A stretch of 64,000 bases of DNA, from NCBI RefSeq assembly GCF_964355755.1, contig NC_092676.1:16572871-16636870 (forward strand), given 5' to 3'. The notes under the pieces are model-generated. The model made no database searches and was not told the DNA's origin. It saw nothing but the letters and a program-made list of their open reading frames with translations. This DNA is from Antedon mediterranea (taxonomy: Eukaryota; Animalia; Echinodermata). Each line of letters opens with the position of its first letter. Position 1 is the first letter of the stretch. The position numbers and the translations under genes are program-made. Positions 13,052-25,799 of this stretch are shown one piece after another.

Positions 13052-13147
13052 ATGGAACCACAAATGAAAGCGACGACCCGAACTGCATTAGGTGCTGTTT
13101 CAGACCCTGCACCCGCAACTCAAGCCATTCAATCTAATGTCGAATTG
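13052..13147 (+). CDS. Type-1 cystatin (stefin) gene 1, exon 1 of 3 (join 13052-13147, 13948-14049, 14177-14293; 104 aa)
   Basis: MEPQMKATTRTALGAVSDPAPATQAIQSNVEL|GTAAGT resembles the stefin N-terminus; ATG 13064 is an alternative start. Confidence 0.8.
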
Positions 13148-13947
13148 GTAAGTATGCTTCTTTTAAAAAAATTATATTTGTCATTAATTATTACTTAGTA
13201 AAACAAAATGATGCAGGCAGTTGCAGGTTTGTTTTATTCTATAGCTGTAATTTTATAACGCTTAGTTTCCGATCCTATGAATGATTTTGGACAAATTCGA
13301 CCGTGATTCATTTTACCATAAGTAGGCCTATTTCTATACATTAAAGTAGTACTAAAACATGTTCCAAAAATAGTTTTATTTAAAGATTAGATTTATTTCT
13401 ATGATTATTGTGTGTATACAATGTTCGTATTATTAGTAATGCTTATTAAATTATGGAATTCGATTCGATCATCCTATGCATTCAAAACCTGAATAAATGT
13501 ACCCGTAAAGTTTGTGCCACGCCCATAAAAAGGAACTACACTGTATTTCAAAAGGAAACTTTGATAAAAACATTTGTAGGCCCTATAGCTTACAATTATG
13601 TTATCATTTTCAGAAAAGGTTTTAGCCTATATTATTCCCAACAACAACCAAAACAAACCTAAGCTTTGGAATGACTCGGAACACAGTCTATTCCTAATAA
13701 AATAATATCGGCGGCAAGGACAAGAATAATTGAATTCAGAACGGTTGTCATTCCTCGAAAAAATATGATTTTCTTTATTTTTGTTTTGTTTTGATAATCA
13801 ATAGGCCTATGGGCAAGAGCTATTAATTATGATTAGCCCCATGTTGGGTTGAACGCATTGATCGCTCGCGTCAAAACTGTTTTTGTGTTCCTAACAATGA
13901 CAAAACAAAACTGTTGACGGTATTAATTTGTGTTGTTTAATCTACAG

Positions 13948-14049
13948 GTAAAGAAGGATGTTGAAGAGAAACTAGGCAGAACATTTTCTGTTTACCAGGC
14001 TACACAATTTTGTACGCAAACAGTGAATGGTTATAAATATTTTGTGAAG
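13948..14049 (+). CDS. Stefin gene 1 exon 2 (QxVxG loop)
   Basis: 102-nt phase-0 exon VKKDVEEKLGRTFSVYQATQFCTQTVNGYKYFVK. Confidence 0.9.
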
Positions 14050-14176
14050 GTAAGATAGTCCTACAGATTAGCGAAAGCTTTAAACAACCTTCAAAACGAC
14101 GTTGATTATCGACGGTATTGTTTATTTGTATTGCATGGTTTACGCCGATTAAATAATAATTTGATTTCTTCGTTAG

Positions 14177-14293
14177 GTTGATGTTGGTAACAGTGAATTT
14201 ATTCATTTGGAGTTATACAAACCAATCAATGGACAATTATCATTACTCATTGTTGAAGACAAGAAATCTGAAAGCGATCCACTTAAAAAGTAA
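14177..14293 (+). CDS. Stefin gene 1 exon 3
   Basis: VDVGNSEFIHLELYKPINGQLSLLIVEDKKSESDPLKK*; AATAAA follows at ~14365. Confidence 0.88.
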   Translation, partial: VDVGNSEFIHLELYKPINGQLSLLIVEDKKSESDPLKK

Positions 14294-15739
14294 ACATCTT
14301 CCATAGATGCACTAAACAAGGACACAACTTGAGAACAATCGTCTATTGAAAGAATGCATTGTTAAATAAAAATGTTATAAGCCTACTTTTTGTCTGGGAA
14401 ATTTGAGTGGGTTTTTCAATTGTATAGTACGGGTTAGGCACAGATAAAGCAAATAAAGTATGAATACTATCTAGGTCGTTAAATCTTAAAAATGGGCTAG
14501 CAATTGCGCAAACATAATTAATGATGATACAACTTCCTCTATTTTTGCAAGGTATAGAACATTAAAAGTACCAAAAAACTTGAAAAACAGATGTAAGGTA
14601 TTGTGAAATGAAAAGTATGGTGAATAAAATATACAATAAATATGCCGCTGTAATTAAACGGTAGTGGTACCGTAATTAAATGGTATTTTATAATCGTTTT
14701 CTTTTGTTACAACAATAGTCACTGCAGGAGCAATAAGGTATAGGCTTTTACAATTTAGGCCTATACAACCAAGGGTCATTAACTCGTAGGTGTTTTTCTA
14801 AATCGAAAAACGTCTAATTGATATTAAAAGGAAGAACGACTCGATGTTAAGTTTGGTTCACACTTGAGCTGATACAAACTAATTACAGCCTTCTTTTGTA
14901 AGTTGATAAAATCCAGGGGCGGATCTTTTTGTTTTGTTTAACGGTGTACAGTAGTCCTATTATATTGTAAACATTTATATCAATAAGTAATTCATAATGT
15001 GATCCTTTTAGGTGTCTAAAGCAGGGGCGTTTCCCCGCTATCCGACCCTGATAAAATAAAATGCGTTGAGTACTATCCTAGTGTGAACGAAGGTTAGGAT
15101 TTGGTCACATAGGTGAGCTGCAGTGAAGACACAAGGAAGCAGTGTAGACTAGGCAACGTCAGATTAGGCTTTAAAATAGTGTCGTGTTGCTGCTATCGAA
15201 ATTCATATAACTATCTCGTTTATTTTGTCGATCAAAGATAAAAAATTTTGAAAAAATTATGATTATTATTTTCGAATTAGTGGTCTTCCATCAGTTTCAC
15301 ATATGAAATAAAAAGTGGGCAGGACGTACAAAACGTCAGCGTTGTATATTGTAATGAATGATGGCATACATTAATGAGCATTCCATATGCCTGCAAGTTA
15401 AGCTTTAAACTGCTAACAACAATATTAGTTAGGAATGGTTAGAGATTAAAAGAAAAACAAGCTATACTTGCTTCAGTCGAATATACGCCATAGTAGTACT
15501 GGTGTTTCAATTAAGAAACGTGAAAATTAGAACAAGAATTTATAATTGTAGAGGTGATATTTGTGATAAAAGTTAATTTTAGATTTTAAAAATCGCGCAA
15601 ACTCAACATGCACGTACATTAATACATGTGCGCAGAGATGTGATCCTATGGTGCTAGAAACGTGTGATCGAGTTTATAGTTTAAAAGGGTAGTTTGATCA
15701 CAAATATGTAAAATTGGCAGGTAACATCTTGAAAAGAAG

Positions 15740-17323
15740 CAGTGGTGGCGCCAGCGGGGGGGCTACGGGGGCTCTAGCCCCCTCGTCGGGGAGCCTAGCC
15801 CCCCCGTCGGGGAACACGGGTACTTTTTGTCGGGGAATATAATATACAGTAAAAAACGTTCGCGTTCACTTCATGCTTCAGCGCCTAGAAAACCACGACG
15901 TTCCATTGACCGTGAGAGTACGTCAGAGGGCTATTATGCACTTTTATGCATTCATTTATTGCCAGCGATCTAACTTACTACTAAACATTAGCTAGGTACG
16001 CACTTGTCTGGCTTTGTACGAATCGTTCAACGTTGGGTCGAGACGCGTGATATCAAGTTCCATACAGGGACCAAAATGTGTAATGTAGTTATTTTCCAGG
16101 CGAAGTTTACCGACGGTTACCGAAGGGAACACGGGTACTTTTTGTCGGGGAATATAATATACAGTAAAAAGCGTTCGCGTTCACTTCGTAGCTAGCTTCA
16201 GCGCCTAGAAAACCGCGACGTTTCATTGACCGTGAGAGTACGTCAGAGTGATATTATGCACTTTATATGCATTCATTATTGCCAGCGACCTAACTTACTA
16301 CTAAACAATAGCTAGGTTCGCACTTGTCTGGCGGTATCCCTTTGTACGAATCGTTCAACGTTGGGTCGAGACGCGTAATATCATGTTCCATCCAGGGACC
16401 AAAATGTGTACTGTAGTTATTTTCCAGGCGAAGTTTACTGACGGTTACGTCGTGTACTGCGTTGACGTACGCTACACTACAGCAAAAACGAATTATGTTA
16501 ATTGTTCGTATGTTCACCAATTTTTTAATTTACAAGTAACCTTCTGTACCGTGGGGCACCTAAAATAAATTTTTCATCCATTACTAAACAAAAAAACATG
16601 CCATTTTCTTATTATAGCTAAGTTATTACATTTTCAATGTCCTGTATGTCATGAATTTCTCACCACTCGGAAGTCCAGATAGTACGCACGCATACACTTG
16701 GGAGGAATAAACTTATTTCCCCGACTGAAAAAGCTCTACGCTTGCGTTTTTTAAGCCTCTAGGCCTGATGTTTCCAAAGTATAAAATGCAATTTTTTGAA
16801 GACCTGCAGCTCTAGTTTTAAACAGTTTCTTAGCTCAGCCCCAACAATAAAGCTGGTCATATTTCGAAGTACAAGAAGTGCATTTTCCGCGACCTAACAT
16901 CTCTATTTTTCAAAAATTTCTTAGCTCAGTCACAACCATGATAGGGACTATTTTGTTTCATGTTTTGAAGTATATTAAGTCCAATTTCCGGGACCTCCAA
17001 CTCTATTTTTCTAAATTTTCTTTGAACTTTTATTTTTTAAATTGAAAAATATGGATTGAAACAGTCATCGCGCATCGTTTTTTTGCACGCAGTATTTTAT
17101 TTATGCATTATAAAAAATGGAAAAAATGGCTACCCTAAATCTGATTAAAATGACCTCAAATAACGCTAGAACGCGTTGCTTCCGGGGGCTTCGCCCCCTG
17201 GACCCCCACCGGGGGCCCTTGGCGGCCCTCTGGCCCCCAGCCTAGTGATGCTCGCTTCGCTCGCATAGCCCCCTCGTCGGGGAATGTAGCCCCCGCGTCG
17301 GGAAGATCCTGGCGCCACCCCTG
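15740..17323. mobile_element. Non-autonomous hAT element with 8-bp TSD
   Basis: TIR CAGTGGTGGCGCCAG / CTGGCGCCACCCCTG; exact TSD AAAAGAAG (15732-15739 and 17324-17331); internal ~315-bp tandem duplication (~15810-16120 / 16125-16449). Confidence 0.9.
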
Positions 17324-18037
17324 AAAAGAAGCCCAATTAAGAGTAAAAAATTATCATCATTATCAACAAGAAAGCGTACCTCCCTTATCCGAGCCTGATT
17401 TGATCTAAAATTTTAACATACATTTTTACATGTTCTTGCTCTTTCTCACGGACTACCGTTTACATTTTTATGACACCATCATTAGAATAAAGAAGAACCG
17501 ATGGTTACCGAGACGCGACGCAAGAAGACTAGGTCAAAGTTCAAAGTGCAAGTAGGTAGTTGCAGCCATTGTTTGTACTGTAATAAATATAAACATATGT
17601 CCTGTATACACAATGAGAGTACAGTAGATCATTTAAAACATTTACATTTGTGTTTGTTTTATTTTCAGTATAACTTCATTAAAGCTAATTCATAATAATG
17701 TGTCAATAGTGGTCAGTGATCAACATTTTAGGTCATGTTAAAGGTTAACCTCAAAGGTCAGCTTGTCGTCTTGCTGTATGTCAATTTACAGTTTGAGTAG
17801 GTAGACGAATATATGGTTTAGAAATGTTCTTCTTAAACACGTTCAAGTTAAATCCTGCATACTCAACCTCCTCATAAAAAAACAATGTACAATGGAGAAA
17901 TATCCATTTTAAAGTAAGTTTCTAGCAAAGAAATCCATATTTTGTTTTTGTTAATTCACTGAATGCATTTTTATTTCAATGTTGGCTAATTTGCACAGAA
18001 CAAACATAAGAATCAAGGTAAAAGTACTTTCTCAATT

Positions 18038-18280
18038 TCATACGCCACTTTCGTTTAATCTTTTCTTTTTTTCTCGTTCATGCTCTTCAATTTCTCTTTC
18101 AATCTGGTTTCTATAATCCTCAGGAAGTTCCCAAAGTTGCAGCAAGTCGTACCTGGTGTGATCCTTCATATGCCATTCCTTCCCCTCCTCCATTTTTTCT
18201 TCTGGCATATCAGAGTAATCAATTCCTTGCATATCCATTCTTTCCCACCGTTTTGAATAAGGTCTTGGCTTTAATTTCAC
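18038..18280 (-). CDS. MRPL19: Mitochondrial ribosomal protein bL19m, last exon (5 of 5)
   Basis: TTTGCAG| acceptor, phase 0; VKLKPRPYSKRWER...YDLLQLW...NESGV*. Confidence 0.9.
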   Translation of the reverse strand: MKLKPRPYSKRWERMDMQGIDYSDMPEEKMEEGKEWHMKDHTRYDLLQLWELPEDYRNQIEREIEEHEREKKKRLNESGV

Positions 18281-18599
18281 CTGCAAACAAAAGATATACA
18301 AATAATTTCTTGAGGTGAAAATATAACATTTCATTTTTCACTATAAATTAAACTAGTTCAAGTTGTCCAATGACCTTGAGGATCATAGGGGCGTAGCAGA
18401 TGAAATACAGTAGTAGTACTCATCATGATGCGATATACAGGCTTAAGCCATATCTTCAAGTGGTGCCTATCTCCTCTCCAGGCTGGCAGGGTTTTTTCTG
18501 GATGGCCCTTGTAGTTGGTTTTTGTTTTTAGTACTGTACCAACTAGGTGTCCAACCACCTCTACACCATGCTCCTAAAGGAGTTGGTGTGGGTACCGGT

Positions 18600-18845
18600 T
18601 TAGTCCCTGGTGTGCGATAGTGGCTGTGTGTGTGTGGACTAGTACACTGGGGTAACCCCCTACTCTTCTCAAAAGATTTTCAAGTGCACATGAGCTAGAT
18701 GTATACACTGGACCTGTGGTTTATAGTCCTATCGGAGAAGACTCGATCTACCACCAGAACCAAGTGAGCATCGGACCCTTGCTAAATGTTATGGCTACCA
18801 TAATTAATGTTCCACTGTCTTAACCGCTCAATCACTCCCTCATTT
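18600..18845 (-). mobile_element. tRNA-derived SINE with Deu/Nin-domain-like core (may extend to ~18357)
   Basis: Minus strand has a tRNA-like head, then GTCTTCTCCGATAGGACTATAAACCACAGGTCC...GAGAAGAGTAGGGG, similar to the recalled DeuSINE/Nin core. Confidence 0.55.
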
Positions 18846-19541
18846 TGTTTCACTGCACAAATATAAAACATTCATTATTAGTTTTATAACACACCAACTA
18901 TTTTAAACTAAACTTTTACACAATTAATTGACCTTGAATCATCGTTCAAGACTAGGCCGGAAGCTACAGTACCAATCAAATGGTAAGAATACAAGCGAAT
19001 GTGTAATAATATGGCATGATACTTTCTATTTTGATATCAACTTTCCCATACCATTGGGCTGTCCCAAATTTTAAATTGAATCTGAATTTTAATGGATTAT
19101 ATCTTCAATCTATTAAAAAATAAAACAATAATGGAAAGCCAAGCTGTGTATTTTTTTCCTAAAATCAGAGAAATTGCAAGGTAGCTGACCTTTTTCTTAA
19201 ATATAACCTGACCTTTTTCTGGAATATAACTGAACCTAACCCTTCAAATAATCTCTGTCAACAAATAAATAACATCCGATAGGTTTTGAACCAATGGCTC
19301 CAGTTTTACAAGCTATATATAGTGTTTTTATATATTTATATTGTTACCATGTTTTATACATAGCATATTTTCTTTTATATAACACCTATATAAATTCCTG
19401 TCATTTGATTGGACGAATGTGGGTCACATGGCGTGCAATAGTACGCACTATTCAACGATCGTTAAATAGTACTTTTTGAAACATTTTTGTTTGTTATTTA
19501 GATGTTATATAAAACAAATAATAAATGTTTTGTATTCGTGT

Positions 19542-19650
19542 AATGGTACAAATAATGGCACTTGGTGAATGATGAAAGGTTATATCAACTCGGCTTTGCC
19601 TCGTTGATATAACCTTTCATCATTCACCTCGTGCCATTATTTGTACCATT
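19542..19650. repeat. Long hairpin (~48-bp stem, 13-nt loop) inside a dispersed repeat
   Basis: AATGGTACAAATAATGGCAC..GGTGAATGATGAAAGGTTATATCAAC followed by its inverse; degenerate half copy at ~26390-26460. Confidence 0.75.
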
Positions 19651-20283
19651 GCACTCATAAACATTCATTATTTGTATAATATATTATCTTATCCATTGTA
19701 TAGTATTGTATGTTTTTAACTTTTGTTATTTTAATTGTAATTTCAACCTTGGAAGGCAAATTTCATTTACTTTGTATTTGGCAATAAATTTTAAATTGAA
19801 CTTGAACTTATACCATTCAGCCAAAGAACTGACTAGCAGAAAACCTAGAACAGTATTTGATCTATGTTCATGATTATATAGTGCCCTCTATGTCTTTATA
19901 AGGCATTAATATTCATAATGTGGTCTCTAAAATGGATTTTTACTGAAATACGTTTGAAAAAAAAAATCAAGCATTGGGCAATAGAATTTGGTCTTTTTAT
20001 AATTTGATTTAAATAATAGTACTGTATAAAACTTAAATATTCTACAAAAAGGTTTTATGTTTCAATACATTTATAGAAATAATGTTCTCGACACACCTAA
20101 CTAAAGTTGTCTTTAATACTTACGCATGAGCAAATTAATGCGTTTACAAAGAGTGGGCTGAGCTTGCACTTGCATGCTTGGATATATCTATACAAAAATT
20201 CTCTGGAAATTCTCTATATTACTGAATTTTAGCTTCTAGTGTCCAGAGACACAATTGAACTGGGTCAACAATACAGTACTTAC

Positions 20284-20471
20284 CTTGATATTATTTACAG
20301 GTATTGGATGGCCTGGCACATGTTTGATTGGTATCATATCTGGATCTATGGTGCTGTATTCTGGTAATGCATCTCGAAGATACCTCAGGTTAACATCAAG
20401 TCTTTTCTCAAGTTTAAGGACCTCAATTTTTCGAACTAATGGACTGTACATATCGTATATAATTTCAACAC
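20284..20471 (-). CDS. MRPL19: MRPL19 exon 4
   Basis: [41 protein letters not shown] matches the MRPL19 core; GT-AG ends. Confidence 0.93.
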
Positions 20472-20799
20472 CTGTAATATACAGTACAGATGAATATTAA
20501 GTCATTTCTACTACTACACAAATATCCTTTTCCATTGCCTTGAATGTTAATATGTGTGGTTTGTAGAATTCATTGGAAGATATGACAGCATTGCTACACC
20601 TCCTTTGGGACACCTCTTTTTAGGAAACAACCATATTAAGGGGACACATTCTGTGATGAATGAAGGGGCAATATGTTTTAACATTACGCTCAACACCTTT
20701 CCAGGGGACACCTTGAGCACACAATAAAGACCCTCTTAAAAGGTGTTCTATTGTATTCTGAAAGATGGATTTGTGAAAAAAGTTTTCATATTGCCTTAC

Positions 20800-20934
20800 C
20801 TAACCCATCGACAACATTCCTAAGCATAAATGTGTGACCTAGCCCATAACCCTTTCTGTTAATGCAGATACCAGCAAATCTCTTTTCTTTACCCAGTGCA
20901 TATGGGTCAGCTGTAGTGACAGCTAGTATACTAC
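20800..20934 (-). CDS. MRPL19: MRPL19 exon 3
   Basis: [45 protein letters not shown] (L19 domain); phase 1/1; not in the ORF track. Confidence 0.92.
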
Positions 20935-21685
20935 CTGAAAAATAAGACATTTAAATGAAACAACTACTAAAAGAATAGTTAAGGTTATGTGCATATACAC
21001 AATTTACTCATACTGTGTATGCGCTACCATTACAATGTGGTCAAAGGTTAAAAAATAAACTTTTCTCAGCTCTTAACTTTATTTATAGTCTAGGTTCTGA
21101 CAGAGTTTCAAATTAATATCAGTAAAAAGATGAATATTTTGGCACATATGGCATGTCATACATATAATCTTGTCTTTCAGAAAAAAATTCTAAATGCATA
21201 AAAATCTAGACTTGAGGGCAAGTTTAATTCATTCGTAACTCTAACAATTTCTCCTCCTTTAAATCTCTTTTGAAAAAACACCTGTTTCTCTCTCTCTGAT
21301 TTTTTTTCTTTATATCCTTCTTTTATTGTAGGCATACTGTATTTTTATATTTATATATATTTTTATTTTTTATATCTTTGTTAATTTTGTGTTTTTATAG
21401 TTTATTTTGTATTACTGTTTGTATTGTTTGAGGGTCCCTAATGATCAGCTGATGCTCATAAAATATTGTTGAAATAAAAATAAAAAAAATAAAATTTATT
21501 ATAACAAAAAAATTGTTAACAAATTGTAAATTGAATATGCATGGTGATAATACAAATTTCAAATTATATATTTTTTTAATGCTATACTTTTTTGGCAATT
21601 GTTTTTTTGTTATTAATTGATAAATTGACAGATATACAAAAAGAAGCCCATAAATTGAATACTGCCTCAGTACAGTACAACCTAC

Positions 21686-21931
21686 CAACATAAAATTCTG
21701 GAATATCAATAACTAATCGCCTTCTAAAACAGTCTTGTCTTTCCAAGTAATCTTGAAGTTTGGATCTTTTTCCAATTGGAGGAAAAAATTCTGGACTCAT
21801 AAATGTTTCTTCACTTCCATATTCATCAGATTTGCGAAGTTGAATAACTTCTTCATCTCCGACAACTTCAACAATCTTGTTTTCTAATGAACTACTGCAT
21901 CGTGCAAGGGTTACTTGTTTACAATTATTGA
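21686..21931 (-). CDS. MRPL19: MRPL19 exon 2
   Basis: In-frame acceptor CTTTTAG| at 21931; FMSPEFFPP...LERQDCFRRRLVIDIPEFYVG. Confidence 0.88.
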
Positions 21932-22477
21932 CTAAAAGGTTAAACATTTAATGCTGTAAAAATATTTTAACAATAACATACATACACAATAATGCCTACA
22001 AATAGTGTACTGTCTGTAGTCATGCTATCTATTGACTGGGCATTCCTACCTACTACTGTAGGCCTACCCAGCTACGTCATTTAGGAGGTAGGCAAATAAA
22101 TCTAGCTAGGCCTAGCCTAAACCCTCTAGTAGCTATTATAGCCTACTACTATCTAGCCTAGCTAGTAGAGGCCTAGCCTGAGGCTGTATTCCTAGAGGAC
22201 CTAGCTAGGCCCAGGGTCTATGCCTCTCTAGCTAGTAGGGCCTAGGCCCTAGCAAGGTAAGCCTCCTACTAGCCTAGTAGTAAAAGTAGGCCTAACTAGC
22301 TAGCTCTAAACTAACTAGCCTAGTAGCCTAGCTGGCGCGCCGCCTAGCTAGGCCCTAGCTAGGCCTAGCCTAGGCTAGCCTCTAGTAGGCCTACCTAGCT
22401 AGGTTGTTTAGAAATTCTAAACAACTTTATTAGGTTCTGAATCAGATATTTACAAAATAGAGTATGTTATATCTTAC

Positions 22478-22547
22478 CTGAAGGCTGTCGTCTGATGGAT
22501 CTCAATAAAGTTCGTACAATTAACGCCGGAGACATGGGGATCGCCAT
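22478..22547 (-). CDS. MRPL19: MRPL19 exon 1 (targeting presequence); full CDS is 293 aa
   Basis: AAAATGGCG start context; MAIPMSPALIVRTLLRSIRRQPS is Arg-rich with no acidic residues; donor G|GTAAG, phase 1. Confidence 0.8.
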
Positions 22548-23040
22548 TTTCTTTTTTATAAAATGAGTGTGACCTGACCTCACCTCTTACCCTTTATGGA
22601 AGATTTCATTTTAGGCCAGGGCCGGGTTAAACAATTATTCGTTTGTGAATGCTGTATATCAAATTAAATTTTTTTTTTTTAAGCGTTATGCTTAATATAT
22701 ATATATATATAATATAAATATTGCAATAATTCAGTTGATGATTTCAGTTTAAATATAGTTTGCTATCAATTGATAAAATACAAACTTTCGCTTTTTTCCT
22801 GTTTTATATTGGTAACGACCATGTGGTTGCAAGTAAGAAGTTGTTGCTGCATGAGGAGATATAGAGCTAGCGTATCGAGGTTGTGGTGTCACATAATTCA
22901 GCAGGAAAACAACGCTAGCTGTGATAAAATGACGTTTCGTTAATTTGCATTTTTCTGTTGATCTGCTGAACATTTTGGGTATTAGTTTGTGTTTCAGTTG
23001 TTGTCAGACAGTGTTGGCTCTGATAATGTTTATTTGACAG
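22548..23040. promoter_or_regulatory. Bidirectional promoter region MRPL19/STK40, including a probable non-coding STK40 first exon ending at 23040
   Basis: Head-to-head genes; strong donor CAG|GTAAGT at 23040/23041 and acceptor TTTTCAG at 23521; TGACCT repeats at ~22570-22585; YY1-type CGCCATTTT over the MRPL19 ATG. Confidence 0.55.
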
Positions 23041-23587
23041 GTAAGTAAATCGTGTAATTATTTACGTTGTGAACAAATCTTTACAGATCCACAAAAAAGG
23101 AGAAGCAACGTCTAATATTTAGGTGGTGTAGTAGGCCTAGCTTTAAAGGCCTAGAAGTGATAGGCCGTAGATCCCTACTAGGCCTATATATATACTATTT
23201 AGCCGGTTTCCAAGGCTTGTTCGCTTAGCTACCTAGGGCCTAGTTCAGGCTAGGCACAGTTCTAATGGATTTAGCCTAGAGGCCTACTACTATTACCCTA
23301 AAAAAAATTATAATAGGCCCCTAACTAAACTTAATTTGTAGGATCTTTTCCTTTTATTTTTAAATTTGTGTTTTGTGTAGGCCTAGACCTAGGCCTAAGG
23401 CCTAGTATTAATTATTTAATAAATGATAATAAAAAACTTAATTTAATTAACTAAAAACACTTAACCATTAAAACTATAACTAGGCCTATATGCTAAGACT
23501 TTTTAATACTTAATTTTTCAGTGCCATAATGTTGAGGTGACCATATTTAATTTATCTTAATAAACTGTATATATTCCCTGAAACATC

Positions 23588-24838
23588 ATGAAGAGGTCGG
23601 CTACAGTAAGTCACCAAGAACCAGTGACACGAAGACGACGTTCTCAACAGTCTACTCCAAACAATGCTGTACCATACTATGATCATCTAACCTCATTCAG
23701 ACCATCACTAATCCCAGCCTTGTCAAATCCAGATTCACCAGAGACCGATTCCTCACAGATGATGTTGCCATCCAGTCATTCACACCAGCATTACATGATG
23801 AGTCCCTGCCATTCTCCATCATCACCATTACGTGCCCACTTCTTAACAGCAGGTGTACCATACAATCAGCCTTTAGGTCGCCATCACAATACAACTACAT
23901 ACAGACAAGCGATCTCAGTGTCTAGTTTAAACCCATCACCAAGCACAGGAACGGTATTGATTCCAGTGTCTGGCCCAGCAGTCGGTTCTCACACAACTGT
24001 GACCGGAATAAGTAATTCTCACAGCAGTAATTTGCATATACCTCGTCGAATGTCTCACTCGGGTAGGCCGCAATCACCTTTATATTCTCCTATTCCATGT
24101 CCGAGTCCTGTAATTCCTCAGAATGGCATCTTTTTTGCCAATACTACACCACCAGGTACATTAAACAAGAGCATTCCTGTTCAAAGTATGAGACCAGCAA
24201 GAAGAGCATCGTTTTCTGGTCTCTCCAGTAAGTCAAGTGCAATGACTGTTAATGAAAATCCCTTTTACAATATTGCAAGAAGTGTACATAGATCAGCAAT
24301 TCCACCTCGCTGCCAAAGTAAATTCCGATCTACAAATGAAGGCTTACCAAACTCTGGTGACGCACCATCAACCAGCTCATCCAGTATACCTCATCAGTTG
24401 AGGCAGCAAAGTTCCAGTAGTCACGACACTCTAATAGATGAACGCCCCCCTGCCAATGCCAGGGTTCCGGAGGTGAATCTTCATCATAATCTATCAACAT
24501 CCAGAATAACAAGAAGAGCCAGATCGCATTCCTTGTCTTTAGCAATGCTTTCCAACCCAGCCAATCTCTCTGAATCTCATGAAACTCATAGTTTAGCCTC
24601 TGCACAGAAAGCCTCAACCCTTCATGTAACATTCAACGAAACTGTAAATTCTTCTAGCCCACCTTCGGGAAGTTCAGTACCAGATCCTCCAGAACAAACA
24701 GATGACTGTACTAATTTCAAGATGCTTCGAAAAGCTGGGCCATATTTGTTAGGCCCACGACTAGGATCATCGCCTGTTAAAAGTATAGTTCAATGTCTTG
24801 CTAGGAAGCAAGGAACAAGAAATTTCTATTGTATAAAG
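23588..24838 (+). CDS. STK40: Serine/threonine-protein kinase 40 (pseudokinase), coding exon 1 of 7 (join 23588-24838, 25379-25513, 26137-26370, 32360-32528, 39314-39458, 42759-42878, 44388-44667; 777 aa)
   Basis: Ends in KAGPYLLGPRLGSSPVKSIVQCLARK, the characteristic STK40 domain start; donor AAG|GTAATA, phase 0. Confidence 0.88.
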
Positions 24839-25378
24839 GTAATAACAGAATACACCCTTTTGTCATTCTTTCATTTTTCAATTTACTAAATTCGTACGTT
24901 TATATTGATCTATATTAATTACAGTATGGCTCTCAGTAGTAATTACAAAGTACAGTATACACCATACTTTTTGCATTGTCATTACGGTACCGCATAAAGA
25001 AATAAGTTAAAAATTTGAAATTGAAGGTGGTTTCATATTAATTTCACAAAGTGATTATATTGACACACATTGAACATTTCTCAAAGTTTTGTTTTGAGAT
25101 TGAGTAGAAAAGAATGAGGAGAATATACAGTAGAATCCTTTCTAGACTTGTGTGTCTCTGTAGGTGTCCACTGAACAGAGAATTTATTAAAGTAAGAAAA
25201 ACTATCATTTTTGTTCCACAGAAAATTTTATTTTTTGTATCCCAAAGGAGGGATTTTACAGTAGTAACAGTGCACCTTTTTATGGCATTGGTGGTTTGTT
25301 ACTTTAGATGACCAAAATGCATTTTTATTAAATTCCATTTGATTATAATATATAAAAAAAAACCTATATTATTGACAG

Positions 25379-25513
25379 ATTTTGACAATGTCTAACACCA
25401 AAGAAACAAGTGATGATGAACGTCAGGGAAAGATGTTACTCCATACGGAATATTCCCTACTGTCACTACTACATAACCAGGAAGGAGTAGTTCATCATCA
25501 CGGATTATTCCAG
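25379..25513 (+). CDS. STK40: STK40 coding exon 2
   Basis: RQGKMLLHTEYSLLSLLHNQEGVVHHHGLFQ; 135 nt, phase 0. Confidence 0.93.
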
Positions 25514-25799
25514 GTGGGAATTCTGTTCTCTTTTTGTTTTTTTCTTTACAATATTCACATAGTAAATGTACTGTATAGTATTAGTACATACATTAAAATG
25601 TTTTTATTTTAGAAAAACATGACAGAAAAGTAAACACATGGAAACAAATTGTTTACAATTACTGCTGTTGTATACTGTAGTACTAATAACACAAAATTAA
25701 TATTTAATTTTAAATGAAATTTTTTAAATTAACATAACATTTGGAATAATTTCTTCAGCTTCATCCTCCAATACTAATGTCACGTTTTCCCACTTTGTA

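Noticed and set aside
24330-24632. Antisense ORFs over STK40 exon 1 (also 23697-23894)
   Set aside because: Shadow frames of a real coding exon with no recognisable motifs
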